Origin: Candidatus Limnocylindrales bacterium
GTDB taxonomy: Bacteria; Chloroflexota; Limnocylindria; Limnocylindrales; CSP1-4
Length of the DNA stretch: 64,000 bases
NCBI GenBank assembly: GCA_038245845.1
Contig: JBBRRZ010000019.1
Span: 158 to 64,157 of the forward strand
Direction: 5' to 3'
Numbering within the stretch: the first letter of the stretch is position 1; each line of letters starts with the position of its first letter. Of this stretch, positions 38,045 through 48,181 are shown in pieces. A model generated the notes under the pieces. The model saw nothing but the letters and a program-made list of their open reading frames with translations. It was not told the origin of the DNA and did not search any database. Made by a program: the position numbers and the translations under genes.

Positions 38045-38630
38045 ATGGCGTTCCCGACCGAGCCCACTGAACCCGCCGTGACCACCGCCAACGACGGTCT
38101 GGCCCACATCATCGTCAGCGGCCTGACAACCTCGGGCGGCGCACGCTCGAAGAGCTGCGGCTGGGCGACGAGCCGGTCGTGGCCATCGCGGCGGACGCCG
38201 ACGAGACGGAGGGGCTCGTCCGCCCGGACGTCCTCGTGATCACCGGGGACCACCGGCGCGAGCGGGTGCTCCGCGAGGCCGGCGTGACCGAGGCCGAATC
38301 GCTCGTCCTCACCCGTGACGACGACCTGGGCAACCTCCACGCGGCGCTCGTCGCCCGGGAGCTCAACCCCTCCATCCGCCTGGTGATCCGGGTGTTCGAC
38401 GCCCAGATCGCGGAGCAGCTGCCGGACCTCATCGACAACGCCGTTGCGCTCTCGTCGTCGTCGCTCGCGGCACCCGGATTCGTCGCAGCCGCGCTCGAGG
38501 GCGAGGGTGGCGAGCGCTTCGCGGAGGCCGGCCGACAGCGATGACCGCCGGCACCGGCGAGGCCGAGGACCTGCTGGTCGCGGCGAGCCGCAAGGGCCTC
38601 GCGACGCTGCTCGACCTGTCCCGGCCCCGC
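38045..38630 (+). pseudogene. TrkA-N (NAD-binding) domain gene, apparently frameshifted and truncated
   Basis: AHIIVSGL in frame 1 continues as DNLGRRTLEELRLGDEPVVAIAADADE...VLVITGDHRRERVLREAGV...DDDLGNLHAALVARELNP in another frame; the shift is at 38121-38127. A further ATGA-linked fragment (38541 onward) loses coding-like codon bias by about 38630. Confidence 0.45.
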
Positions 38631-38708
38631 CGACGACCTGAAATCCCGGGGTCAGGCAGAGGCGCCGCGCGCGATTCCGGGCCCGCCCGACGCCCTGCAC
38701 GACCGATG

Positions 38709-39263
38709 TCAGGCGGAGGCGCCGCCGTTGCGACCCTCGATCGGGCGCGTGCGCAGCGGCTTCGTCATCGTCTCGCTCACCGGCTGGTAGGCGAGCTTCG
38801 CATACAGGCGCCGGGCACCGTCGTTCTCCGCCGCAACGTCCAGCACCAGCCCATCGAGCCCCTGCTCCCGCGCCCAGTCCTCGATCGTGTCCATCAGCAG
38901 CGTGCCAAGCCCGCGTCCGCGCCACTCGTCGAGGATCGCGATCCCGATCTGGGCGGTGCGCTTCGGGATCCGCATCGAGCTCCGGCCAGCGGTCGCACCC
39001 AGCCAGGCGTCCGCGTGCCCGACCACGCGCCCATCCACGACGGCGACGAGGTGGAGGTCCTCCTCGTCCGCCTCCGCCATCGCATGCCCGAACCGCTCGC
39101 GCACCGCGTCCGCGGCGGGCACGTGATATGCGTCGGGAGCGAGCGCCGCATGGTGGCGGGCGCTGCTGAGATAGACCTCGACCATCCCCTCCACGTCATC
39201 GGGCGTTGCGTGGCGGACGAGCGGCGGCGGGGCCTCGCTGCGGGCGTCGTCCGAGCCGGTCAT
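38709..39263 (-). CDS. GNAT-family N-acetyltransferase
   Basis: IAILDEWRGRGLGTLLMDTIEDWAREQG is the acetyl-CoA binding motif (R/Q-x-x-G-x-G/A). ATG at 39263 overlaps the ALDH stop (ATGA). Confidence 0.8.
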   Translation of the reverse strand: MTGSDDARSEAPPPLVRHATPDDVEGMVEVYLSSARHHAALAPDAYHVPAADAVRERFGHAMAEADEEDLHLVAVVDGRVVGHADAWLGATAGRSSMRIPKRTAQIGIAILDEWRGRGLGTLLMDTIEDWAREQGLDGLVLDVAAENDGARRLYAKLAYQPVSETMTKPLRTRPIEGRNGGASA

Positions 39264-40768
39264 GCGGGCTGGTTGTCGATCTGCGCGCGCTGGAGCTTGC
39301 CCGAGAAGTCGACGTAGATCGCCTTCCATTCGGTGAACGTGTCGAGCGCGACGTGGCCCGCCTCGCGGTGGCCGTTGCCGGTGTCCTTCCAGCCGCCGAA
39401 CGGCAGGTGCGTCTCCGCGCCGGTCGTGCCCGCGTTGACATACACGATGCCCGTCTCGAAGTCGCGCATCGCGCGGAACGCCTGGTTCACGTCCTGCGTG
39501 TAGACCGATGCCGAGAGCCCGTAGCGGACCTGGTTGGCGGCGGTCATCGCCTCCGCATACCCGTCCACCGGGATCACCGAGAGGACCGGGCCGAAGATCT
39601 CCTCCTGGGCGATCGTCGCCATCGGCTTCACGCCGTGGAAGATCGTCGGGGCGAAGAAGTGGCCGTGGACGAGGTCGCCGTCGGTCACCCGGTCGCCACC
39701 GGTGACGAGCTCGCCCTCCGTCCGGCCGATGTCGACGTAGCGGGAGACCTTGTCCGCGGCCGCCGCGTTGACGAGCGGGCCGACATCGACGCTCTCGTCG
39801 AGGCCGGAGCCGAGCCGGAGGGTGCGGGTGCGTGCCTCGAGCCGGGCGACGAGGTCGTCCGCGACGGCGCGGTCAACGATGACGCGGGAGCAGGCCGTGC
39901 AGCGCTGGCCGGTAGTGCCGAACGCGGACCACAGGATGCCGTCCGTCGCGAGGTCGAGGTCCGCGTCCTTGAGCACGACGACCGCGTTCTTGCCCCCGAG
40001 CTCCAGGCTGACGCGCTTGAGCCGGCGCGCCGCCCGCTCGGCGATCGAGCGACCGGTCGCGGACGAGCCCGTGAACGAGATGACCCGGACATCCGGGTTC
40101 TCGACGATCGCGTCGCCGACGTCCGCGCCCGACCCGGTCACGAGGTTCACGACCCCGGCCGGGAAGCCCGCCTCCGCCATCAGCTCCACGAGGAGCGTGG
40201 CACACAGCGGCGAGTCCGAGCTCGGCTTGAACACGACGCTGTTCCCGGCGACGAGCGCGGGCATCATCTTCCAGCACGGGATCGCCATCGGGAAGTTCCA
40301 GGGCGTGACGATCCCCGCGATGCCGAGCGGCTGGCGGATGCTCATCGCCCACTTGTCCGGGAGCTCGCTGGGGACCGTGTCGCCGAACATCCGGCGGCCC
40401 TCGCCGGCCATGAGGAAGGCGATGTCGATGCCCTCCTGGACGTCGCCGCGCGCCTCCGCCAGGACCTTGCCCATCTCGCGGGTCATGGCGCGGGCGAGGC
40501 GCTCCTTGTGGTCCGCCATGAGCGCGCCGAACCGGTACAGGATCTCGCCGCGCTTGGGGGCCGGCGTCGCCTTCCACGCGGGGCTTGCCATGTCGGCGGC
40601 GCGGACGGCCATCGCGACGTCCGCCGGGCTGCCGGCCTGGAACCGCCCGACGACGTCCCGGGTGTCGGCCGGGTTCACGCTCTCGAAGATCTCGCCGCCC
40701 ACGGCATCCACCCAGCGCCCGGCGATGAACAGCTGGTACGTGGTCGGATCGGCGGCGACCTCGGTCAT
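39260..40768 (-). CDS. NAD(P)-dependent aldehyde dehydrogenase
   Basis: VTPWNFP, FTGSSATG, LELGGKNA, FGTTGQRCTACSR (catalytic Cys), EEIFGPV. ATG at 40768 within ORF 39260..41272. Confidence 0.9.
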   Translation of the reverse strand: MTEVAADPTTYQLFIAGRWVDAVGGEIFESVNPADTRDVVGRFQAGSPADVAMAVRAADMASPAWKATPAPKRGEILYRFGALMADHKERLARAMTREMGKVLAEARGDVQEGIDIAFLMAGEGRRMFGDTVPSELPDKWAMSIRQPLGIAGIVTPWNFPMAIPCWKMMPALVAGNSVVFKPSSDSPLCATLLVELMAEAGFPAGVVNLVTGSGADVGDAIVENPDVRVISFTGSSATGRSIAERAARRLKRVSLELGGKNAVVVLKDADLDLATDGILWSAFGTTGQRCTACSRVIVDRAVADDLVARLEARTRTLRLGSGLDESVDVGPLVNAAAADKVSRYVDIGRTEGELVTGGDRVTDGDLVHGHFFAPTIFHGVKPMATIAQEEIFGPVLSVIPVDGYAEAMTAANQVRYGLSASVYTQDVNQAFRAMRDFETGIVYVNAGTTGAETHLPFGGWKDTGNGHREAGHVALDTFTEWKAIYVDFSGKLQRAQIDNQPA

Positions 40769-41290
40769 TCGGGTGGCTCCTCGGGTGGGCGTCTCGTGAC
40801 GGCCGTGGGCGTGTGCGGCCCGCGGATCGAGGCCATACTCCGGGCACCGCGCCGGGCCGTCAAACCGGCGGCGCGACCGTGTGTGACATGCCCGAGCCCG
40901 TCGTCCCCGCCCCCATCCAGTTCGTCGAACCTGACGCCCCGTCGACGGGTGGCGTCGCTGCCTCCGAGCCCCTGCGGGAAGCGGCCCGCCGCGTCCTCGC
41001 CGCCGATGGGCGCGAGCACGTCCTCCAGCAGTGGCCAGGTCGCCTCGCTCGTCGCGACGAGCGAGGGCCGCGAGGGGTTCGTGCCGCAGGGTTGCGGCAT
41101 CGGCAAGAGCTGGCTCCAGGCCCGCCTCGACAAGGCGCTCGGCGAAGGCTGAGGTCGTCCTGACACGATCGCCGCAGTCGCGAGGCGGCCGACGCATCAG
41201 CGCGATTGACTTTGGCGCGGACCACGCGATGCTGGACATTCGTGGCTCCCATGAAGCCGCCCGACGCACCATGTGGAGAGAACCTGAGCC

Positions 41291-42046
41291 TTGGAGATCG
41301 AACCCACGGGCCTGCCGCAGACACGAGCTGCATCACTATTGCTGCTCGTCGTGAGCATTGCCCTTGGCGGCTGTAGCCTCTCGGCGGGCGTGGTCAACGC
41401 TAGACCGCATGGGGACCCTGTGCCCATGCCGGAGCGCCCGTCGCCGGACGTGTGCGCCGACCTGCTCCGCGCCGACACGATGACCGCCATACAGGTACGG
41501 CTCGCGCTTGGCGTCGATGGCATCGAGGGCACCCTGGACGCAGCCAACCAAGCGGCAGCCGACCCCGCTTCGACGCTCACGGATTACGGCATCCCCCTAA
41601 CGGCAGCCGAGAGGGCCCTCGCCCATGATGCACTCGGCGTCCCTGAGACATTTACGGGGCTCTCCGGGCTGGTAGCCGCATATCCGACGGATCTCGCCAG
41701 CCTGTGGCTCGAAGGAGGGTCGCCCGTGCTCAGCGTGCTCCGGCCCGACCCGGCGGTCCTGTTGCTCGCTCGCTGCCTTGAGCGCGACCGAATCGTAGGC
41801 ACCGTGCGCTACGTCACCGCCGGCATCCCACCCGCGACGCTGGACGCGCTTACAGACCGGATCAGTGCGGATCTGCCTGCGCTTGCGCGTGATGGCATCG
41901 AGGTCACGATTGTGTCGAGCGATCCGACCACGGAGACCGTGGAAATCGGGGTCCGCGCGCTCACACCGGCCATCCGTGCGACTCTCGTGGCCCGGTACGG
42001 CACCGTCGTGCGCGTCATTGAGTCACCCGGTGCCCACCCGCTCTAG
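41291..42046 (+). CDS. Hypothetical lipoprotein
   Basis: Lipobox [17 protein letters not shown] start uncertain. The 5' part is locally less GC-rich than neighbouring sequence. Confidence 0.55.
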   Translation: MEIEPTGLPQTRAASLLLLVVSIALGGCSLSAGVVNARPHGDPVPMPERPSPDVCADLLRADTMTAIQVRLALGVDGIEGTLDAANQAAADPASTLTDYGIPLTAAERALAHDALGVPETFTGLSGLVAAYPTDLASLWLEGGSPVLSVLRPDPAVLLLARCLERDRIVGTVRYVTAGIPPATLDALTDRISADLPALARDGIEVTIVSSDPTTETVEIGVRALTPAIRATLVARYGTVVRVIESPGAHPL

Positions 42047-42178
42047 CCTGTCGGTCGCCCTTCGAACAGGCGCCCCCAGCACGTCCGCTCTCCCGGCGCG
42101 GGGCCCTGACTGGCCACGGCTGTCCCAGGGCCAAGCCCCTCCAGGCAAGCCGAGTTGTCAGCCTCCGACCAACACGTC

Positions 42179-43423
42179 CTACCGAACGCGGACTCGCTCG
42201 AACGCCATCGCCACGGACCCGCCGCCGCCCAGGCACAGCGTCGCGAGGCCGTATCGCCCGTTGCGCCGCGCGAGCTCGTGGAGGAGCGTCGCGACGATTC
42301 GCGCCCCGCTCGCCCCGATCGGGTGGCCGAGCGCGATCGCCCCGCCGTTGACGTTGACCTTCGACCAGTCGAACCCGAGCTCCCGCCCGTCAGCGAGCGT
42401 CTGGGCGGCGAACGCCTCGTTGATCTCGATGAGATCGTAGGCGTCGGGCGCGAGGCCGGTCTTCGCCTCCAGCGCGCGGACGCCCGTGATCGGCGCGAGG
42501 AACAGCCACTTCGGGGCGACCTCGGCCTGCGCGTAGCCGACGATCCGCGCCATCGGCGTCAGCCCGTGCCGTTCCACGGCCCGCTCCGACACGACGACCG
42601 TGGCCGCCGCGCCATCGGTGATCCCGGGCGCGTTGCCCGCCGTGACCGTCCCGGTCGTCGCGGCCCCGCGATCCTCGCCCGTCGGCAGCTCGAACACCGG
42701 CGCCAGACGGGCCAGCGCCTCGGGCGTCGTGTCGCGGCGCGGACTCTCGTCGACCGTCACGACGGTCTCGCGGCCCTTGGCATCCCGGACCGTCACGGGG
42801 GCAATCTCGGCGTCGAAGCGGCCCTCGTCGATCGCCGCGACGGCCTTGCGGTGACTCTCGACCGCCAGGTGGTCCTGGTCCTCGCGGCTCACCGCGGAGT
42901 GGATCGCCACGCGTTCGGCGTGCGTGCCCATGTGGCAGTCCTCGATCGCGCACCACAGCCCGTCGAGCACGGCCGCGTCCTCGAGCGTCCCGTTGCCGAG
43001 CCGGTAGCCGAAGCGCGCTTTGCGCAGGAGGAAGGGCGCCTGGTTCATCGACTCCATGCCGCCCGCCACGTATACGTCCCCGTCGCCCGCCCGGATCGAG
43101 GCCGCGGACAGCATGATCGCCTTGAGCCCCGAGCCGCAGACCCGGTTGATCGTCGTTGCGGACGTGGTGTCCGCGAGCCCCGCGCTCAACAGCGCCTGCC
43201 GGGCGGGCGCCTGGCCGGCACCCGCCTGCAGCACCTGGCCCATGATCACCTCGTCGATGGGCGTCCCCGGCGGCAGGCCCGACCGCTCCACCGCGGCGCG
43301 GATGGCGGTTCCGCCGAGTGCCGTCGCGGGGATCGTGGCGAGCGCCCCACCGAACTTCCCGATCGGCGTCCGTGCCGCGCTGACAATGTAGACATTCCCG
43401 TTCGGACCGCTCGCGTACTCCAT
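42179..43423 (-). CDS. Acetyl-CoA C-acetyltransferase (thiolase II)
   Basis: [11 protein letters not shown] (Cys nucleophile), [32 protein letters not shown] at 43423. Confidence 0.9.
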   Translation of the reverse strand: MEYASGPNGNVYIVSAARTPIGKFGGALATIPATALGGTAIRAAVERSGLPPGTPIDEVIMGQVLQAGAGQAPARQALLSAGLADTTSATTINRVCGSGLKAIMLSAASIRAGDGDVYVAGGMESMNQAPFLLRKARFGYRLGNGTLEDAAVLDGLWCAIEDCHMGTHAERVAIHSAVSREDQDHLAVESHRKAVAAIDEGRFDAEIAPVTVRDAKGRETVVTVDESPRRDTTPEALARLAPVFELPTGEDRGAATTGTVTAGNAPGITDGAAATVVVSERAVERHGLTPMARIVGYAQAEVAPKWLFLAPITGVRALEAKTGLAPDAYDLIEINEAFAAQTLADGRELGFDWSKVNVNGGAIALGHPIGASGARIVATLLHELARRNGRYGLATLCLGGGGSVAMAFERVRVR

Positions 43424-43516
43424 GTTGCCGAATCTACACCTCGGTACGTAGCCGTCCGAAAGCGGGACCGCTACAGTTCGTGGTCGAGAACGCCTGACAC
43501 GCTTGGGGGGAGCCGC

Positions 43517-44683
43517 GTGCCCAAGCCCGAAGTCCGCGAAGCCGCCGTCCAGCCGCCCGCGACCAGCGCCCGCGACTTGTTCGACGTGTACCGGACCGAC
43601 GCGCTCTCGTTTCTTGCCGCCGGCATCGCCCACGACCTCGCCAACCCGCTCGGCGCGATGCTCGCATTCGCGTCCTACCTCGCGTCCGATCCCCGCCTGC
43701 CCGCGGACCTGCGCGATGACGCACGCCTCCTGCGCGTCGAGGCGGCCCGGACGCATCGCATGGTGCGGACGCTGCTCGAGTTCGCGCGCAACCGGCCACC
43801 CTCGACCTCGGCGGTCGCAGTTGGACGCGTTGTCTCCGAGGTCCTGGAGCTCGAGGCATACCTCCTCGCCGAGGTCAGCGTGGAGGTGGACATCCCCGAG
43901 GATTTGCCGGCGGTCACCACTGATGCGTCCCGACTACGGCACCTCATCCTCGTGCTCAGCGTGGAGGCCATCAGACGGCTTGGCGAACGGCCGGCCCGCG
44001 GGCGACTGGACATCTCGGCGGATGTCGTCCCGGACCGGACGCGTGTCCGACTGGCGATGGCCTTCGAGCTCGATCCTGACGACGGGCCCGTGGCCGACAA
44101 CCGGCCCGCACGGTTCGACGCGGACGCCCTGGCCGCGGTCGCGGCCCTCGTACAGGAGCTCGGTGGCGACCTCCGGATCGAGCCCGCTGCCGCGGGCAGC
44201 CGATTCGTCCTGGAGCTGCCGATCGCGGCCGAGGTCACGCAGGACCCCGCGACCGCCGGAGACCCTGGCCGCCTACCGGCTCCGTCGTCCGGGCGCCCGG
44301 CTACGCCGGTGGACGCTCGGCCGGTCGTGCTCGTGTGTGACGACGAGCCAGCCATCCGCACGCTGGTGGCCAGGCTGCTCGGCCGCGCCCGCTTCCGGAC
44401 GCTGGAGGCTGCCGACGCGAGCGAGGCCCTCCGCCTCCTCGACACGAACGACGTCGACGTGGTGCTGACCGATCACCACATGCGCGAGATGAGCGGGATC
44501 GAGCTGTACGAACGCGCAATCGAGAAGCGCATGCCACTTTCCCCACGGTTCGTGCTCATGTCCGGCGATCCCGGTGGCGAGGAGCTGGTCCAGTTCGCGA
44601 GCGAGCACCACATCACGATCCTCGCCAAGCCCTTCGACCTCAAGACCATCACGGCGATCATCGACGACGTCGCGCGCCACTGA
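43517..44683 (+). CDS. Hybrid HisKA-(degenerate HATPase)-receiver protein
   Basis: GTG at 43517 preceded by GGGGGGAG. H-box LAAGIAHDLANPLGAML. C-terminal REC domain: VVLVCDDEP, VVLTDHHMREMSG, ILAKPF. N/G1/G2 boxes not recognisable. Confidence 0.75.
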   Translation: MPKPEVREAAVQPPATSARDLFDVYRTDALSFLAAGIAHDLANPLGAMLAFASYLASDPRLPADLRDDARLLRVEAARTHRMVRTLLEFARNRPPSTSAVAVGRVVSEVLELEAYLLAEVSVEVDIPEDLPAVTTDASRLRHLILVLSVEAIRRLGERPARGRLDISADVVPDRTRVRLAMAFELDPDDGPVADNRPARFDADALAAVAALVQELGGDLRIEPAAAGSRFVLELPIAAEVTQDPATAGDPGRLPAPSSGRPATPVDARPVVLVCDDEPAIRTLVARLLGRARFRTLEAADASEALRLLDTNDVDVVLTDHHMREMSGIELYERAIEKRMPLSPRFVLMSGDPGGEELVQFASEHHITILAKPFDLKTITAIIDDVARH

Positions 44684-44724
44684 CGCCCGATGGCCGCCGG
44701 GGCGTCTTCAGCGCCGGGTCGCGC

Positions 44725-45585
44725 TCAGCGCGGGTAGGCGTGGAACCCGCGGCCCGTCTTCTGGCCCAGGTGCCCGGCCGCCACGAGCTCGACCAGCACG
44801 GCCGGCGGGACGAACTGCGGCTGGCCGAAGCCATCCTCGAGCACGCTCATGATGCCGAGGCACACGTCGAGGCCGATGAAGTCCGCGAGCGCCAAGGGAC
44901 CCATCGGGTGATTCAGGCCGACCCGTGCACCCGTGTCGATGTCCTCGGCCGTGCCCAGGCCCTCCTCGTATGCCCGCATCGCCTCCGCGAGGAAAGGCAT
45001 CAGGATGCGATTGACGATGAACCCCGGCCGGTCCGCGGACACGATGACCTGCTTGCCGAGCTCGGCTGCGAGCGTCCGAATCGAGGCCTCCGTCTCGTCG
45101 CTCGTCGCGCTGCCGCGGATCAGCTCGATGAGCGGCATCACCGGCACGGGGCTGAAGAAATGCATCCCGACGAAGCGCGCCCGCCGACCCTCCCCGACCG
45201 CGTCCGCGAGCGTGTCGATCGCGATGGACGACGTGTTCGAGGCGAGGAGCGCGCCGGCGGGCGCGATGGCGTCGAGCGACCCCCACAGCCGCGTCTTGAC
45301 ATCGACGTCCTCGAACACGGCCTCGACCACGAGGTCGGCATCGCCGGCCGCAGCGAGCGTGTCGACCGCGACGAGTCTCGCGAGGATGGCGGCGCGCTCG
45401 TCCGCCGTGAGCTTGCCCTTCGCGATCGCGCGCTCGAGGTTGCCGGCGATCCGGTCCCACCCCGCCTGCGCTCGCGCAAGGTCAGGCTCGTAGAGGACCA
45501 CGTGCTTGCCAATGGCCGCGTGGACCTGCGCGATGCCGTGGCCCATCAGCCCGGCACCCGCGACGAAGACTCGTTCGACCGTCAT
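44725..45585 (-). CDS. hbd: 3-hydroxybutyryl-CoA dehydrogenase
   Basis: VFVAGAGLMGHGIAQV Rossmann motif, ASNTSS, HFFSPVPVMPLIE, PGFIVNRIL. ATG at 45585 overlaps the meaB stop (ATGA). Confidence 0.9.
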   Translation of the reverse strand: MTVERVFVAGAGLMGHGIAQVHAAIGKHVVLYEPDLARAQAGWDRIAGNLERAIAKGKLTADERAAILARLVAVDTLAAAGDADLVVEAVFEDVDVKTRLWGSLDAIAPAGALLASNTSSIAIDTLADAVGEGRRARFVGMHFFSPVPVMPLIELIRGSATSDETEASIRTLAAELGKQVIVSADRPGFIVNRILMPFLAEAMRAYEEGLGTAEDIDTGARVGLNHPMGPLALADFIGLDVCLGIMSVLEDGFGQPQFVPPAVLVELVAAGHLGQKTGRGFHAYPR

Positions 45586-46580
45586 CGGGCCTCCTCCGTG
45601 CGCAGGGCGGCCAGCAGCCGGTCCGCGGCCATGTACGGGTCCGTCTCGTGCGCGGCGACGGCGTCGATCGCGGCCGCGGTCTGGGCCTCGAGGGGCGGCG
45701 CGGCGAGCCGGTCCCACAGGCGCTCCACGAGAACCGCACGCACCTGGGCGGTTGCGCGGGCGCGACGCGCGGCGCGGGTCGTCCCCTGGGCGCCCGTCGC
45801 CCGATGCCGGTCGAGCGCCGCGAGGAGCTCCGGGATGCCCTGCCCGGTCATCGCCGTCGTGACCAGAACCTCGGGTCGCTTCGGGGTCGGGCGGTCCGGG
45901 TCTGCGTCTCCGCGGGCCACGCTGGGTACGAGCATCGCGCGCAGCTGCGCGGCTGTGCGCTGGGCGCCCGGGCGATCGCCCTTGTTCACGACCACGAGAT
46001 CGGCGACCTCCAGCAGGCCGGCCTTGATCGCCTGGACCTCGTCGCCCATCTCGGGCGCCTCGAGCACGACCGTCGTGTCTGCGGCGGCCGCGACCTCGAC
46101 CTCGCTCTGGCCCGTGCCCACCGTCTCGAGCAGCACGATGTCGAAGCCCGAGGCGGCGAGGACCGTCGCCGCGGCGGTCGAGGTCGCCGCGAGCCCGCCC
46201 GCGTGCCCACGCGACGCCATCGAGCGGATGAACACGGCGTCGTCGGACGCGTACGACTGCATGCGCACCCGGTCTCCGAGCAGCGCGCCCCCGGTGATCG
46301 GCGAGGACGGGTCCACGGCCACGACCGCGACCGTCCGGCCGGCGGCCCGCAGCTCCGCGATGAGCGCCGCCACCAGCGTAGATTTGCCGGCACCGGGCGG
46401 CCCGGTGATGCCCACCAGGTGCGCGGCCCCGGCCAGCGGGTAGAGGCGCCGCAGGGCCTGCTCCGCGACGGGGGTGTGGTTCTCGACGGCGGTCAGCAGC
46501 CGCGCGAGCGCCCGGCGATCGCCCGCACGGGCGGCATCGGCAAGGGTGGCGGCTCGGTCCGCAGCAGTCTCGTCGGCCAT
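45582..46580 (-). CDS. meaB: MeaB/ArgK-type G-protein chaperone of B12-dependent acyl-CoA mutases
   Basis: GITGPPGAGKSTL P-loop, AVDPSSPITGGALLGDRVRM, VVNKGD. Confidence 0.9.
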   Translation of the reverse strand: MADETAADRAATLADAARAGDRRALARLLTAVENHTPVAEQALRRLYPLAGAAHLVGITGPPGAGKSTLVAALIAELRAAGRTVAVVAVDPSSPITGGALLGDRVRMQSYASDDAVFIRSMASRGHAGGLAATSTAAATVLAASGFDIVLLETVGTGQSEVEVAAAADTTVVLEAPEMGDEVQAIKAGLLEVADLVVVNKGDRPGAQRTAAQLRAMLVPSVARGDADPDRPTPKRPEVLVTTAMTGQGIPELLAALDRHRATGAQGTTRAARRARATAQVRAVLVERLWDRLAAPPLEAQTAAAIDAVAAHETDPYMAADRLLAALRTEEAR

Positions 46581-46590
46581 CGGGCGGCCG

Positions 46591-46995
46591 TCAGTCGCGC
46601 GGCGTCGCGTTGGCGCGGATGAAGTCGGCGACCTCGCGGATCGTCGTGCCGGGCCCGAAGACCTCCGAGACCCCCGCGGCCTTGAGCTGCGGGATGTCGT
46701 CGTCGGGGATGATGCCGCCGACCGTCACCAGGACGTTGTCCAGGCCACGCTCGCGCAGCTGGGCGCAGACACGCGGCACGAGCGTCATGTGGGCGCCGGA
46801 CAGGATCGAGAGGCCGACGACGTCCACGTCCTCCTGGAGCGCGGCGGTCACGATCATCTCGGGGGTCTGGCGGAGGCCCGTGTAGACGACCTCGAAGCCC
46901 TCGTCGCGCAGGCCGCGCGCGAGGACCTTCGCCCCGCGGTCGTGGCCGTCGAGGCCGGGCTTCGCGATCAGCACCTTGAGCGGTCGATCGGTCAT
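46591..46995 (-). CDS. Acyl-CoA mutase small subunit (cobalamin-binding domain)
   Basis: [17 protein letters not shown] (DxHxxG), [17 protein letters not shown]. 134 aa. Confidence 0.9.
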   Translation of the reverse strand: MTDRPLKVLIAKPGLDGHDRGAKVLARGLRDEGFEVVYTGLRQTPEMIVTAALQEDVDVVGLSILSGAHMTLVPRVCAQLRERGLDNVLVTVGGIIPDDDIPQLKAAGVSEVFGPGTTIREVADFIRANATPRD

Positions 46996-47016
46996 GGCGC
47001 GATTGTACGGGCACGG

Positions 47017-47706
47017 CTACGTGCCCGGGGCGGGCCTGCCGAGATGGGCGAAGAACTCCGACCGGGTCTTGTCGTTGCGACGGAAGAGGCCCAGGACGGC
47101 GGCCGTCTGCATCGTCGTGCCCGGCTTGCGGACGCCACGCATGGCCGCGCACAGGTGGGTCGCCTCGAGGACGACGCCGACGCCCTTCGGCGCCAGGCGG
47201 TCCATGAGGAAGTCCGCGATCTCCTTCGTCATCCGCTCCTGGACCTGCAGGCGACGGGCGTACATCTCCACGACCCGCGGGATCTTCGAGAGCCCGATGA
47301 CGCGTCCGTCGGGCACGTACGCGACGTGGGCGGCGCCGAAGAACGGCAGCAGGTGGTGCTCGCACAGCGAGTAGAACGGGATGTCCTTCACGACAACCAT
47401 CTCGCTGTAGTCGACGTCGAAGATCGCCTTGTTGATCAGGCGCTCCGGGTCCACGTGATAGCCGGCGGTGAGCTCGTGATACATCCGGTGGACGCGCTCC
47501 GGCGTCGCGGCAAGGCCTTCGCGGGTGGGGTCCTCCCCGATCTCGGTGAGGATCTGGCGAACCGCAGTCTCGATACCGCCCGTCGACGGCGCCGCATCGG
47601 CGGGCCGCACCACGTCGTCGCCGATCTCGTTCTCCATCTCGTCGACGAGACGCCGGACGTGGCCGGGAATGTCGCGGGTCTTCGCCTGGTCGGGTCGGTC
47701 GCTCAT
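47017..47706 (-). CDS. folE: GTP cyclohydrolase I
   Basis: [38 protein letters not shown] at 47706. Confidence 0.9.
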   Translation of the reverse strand: MSDRPDQAKTRDIPGHVRRLVDEMENEIGDDVVRPADAAPSTGGIETAVRQILTEIGEDPTREGLAATPERVHRMYHELTAGYHVDPERLINKAIFDVDYSEMVVVKDIPFYSLCEHHLLPFFGAAHVAYVPDGRVIGLSKIPRVVEMYARRLQVQERMTKEIADFLMDRLAPKGVGVVLEATHLCAAMRGVRKPGTTMQTAAVLGLFRRNDKTRSEFFAHLGRPAPGT

Positions 47707-47813
47707 TGCGGTCGATGGTAGCGCCCGTGCCGTGGACCATCGCGGCAGGCGATGCGTGACGTTCCGTCGACTGACGCAACCGTGGGTCGGATCGCAGCGC
47801 CGCGTGCATGATG

Positions 47814-48068
47814 GCGCGTCGAAACCCGGGTTTGACCACGTGGCCGCGCGTGTGGTGCTGCGCGTGTGGTTCTGCGCGTGTGGTTCTGCGATTCCAGTCA
47901 CTGCTGCCTGGCGCCGCCCGGAGGAGCAGCGCGGTCATGTGGCCATGCGTCGCTGACTGATCCTGCGCCGGCGCCCGCACGATCGCGCGTCGAAACCCGG
48001 GTTTGATCACGTGGCCGCGCGTGTGGCGTTGCGAATCCAGTCACTGCTGCCTGACGGCGCCGCCCGGA
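47814..48068. repeat. Two copies of an 85-110-bp element (47814-47922 and 47985-48068) with core CGAAACCCGGGTTTGA-CACGTGGCC; copy 1 also carries 3 x 14-bp GCGCGTGTGGT(G/T)CT (47846-47887)
   Basis: Aligned by eye. Shared sequence is GCGCGTCGAAACCCGGGTTTGAyCACGTGGCCGCGCGTGTGG...TGCGAwTCCAGTCACTGCTGCCTG.CG.GCCGCCCGGA. Contains palindromes AAACCCGGGTTT and CACGTG. Confidence 0.85.
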
Positions 48069-48181
48069 CTCGTCGCCCTCAGCGTGCCGGTCGCCCCCCC
48101 GGTTCCGCGTCGGCATGCGTGAAACGTCGAGTTACGCGTCCTGGTCGTGCTGGGCGACCGGTCATCTGACGCAGCTGCGAG

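Noticed and set aside
41080-41110. A Walker A P-loop in PQGCGIGKSW of the frameshifted small ORF.
   Set aside because: The spacing does not fit [AG]x4GK[ST]. The residue five positions before GKS is Gln.
47707-47813. THF, ZTP or folE-motif riboswitch in the folE leader.
   Set aside because: No ZTP pseudoknot signature (GGGTCGTGAC...CCGCCTGGGC-like) or other recognisable consensus. Candidate stems are only about 4 bp.
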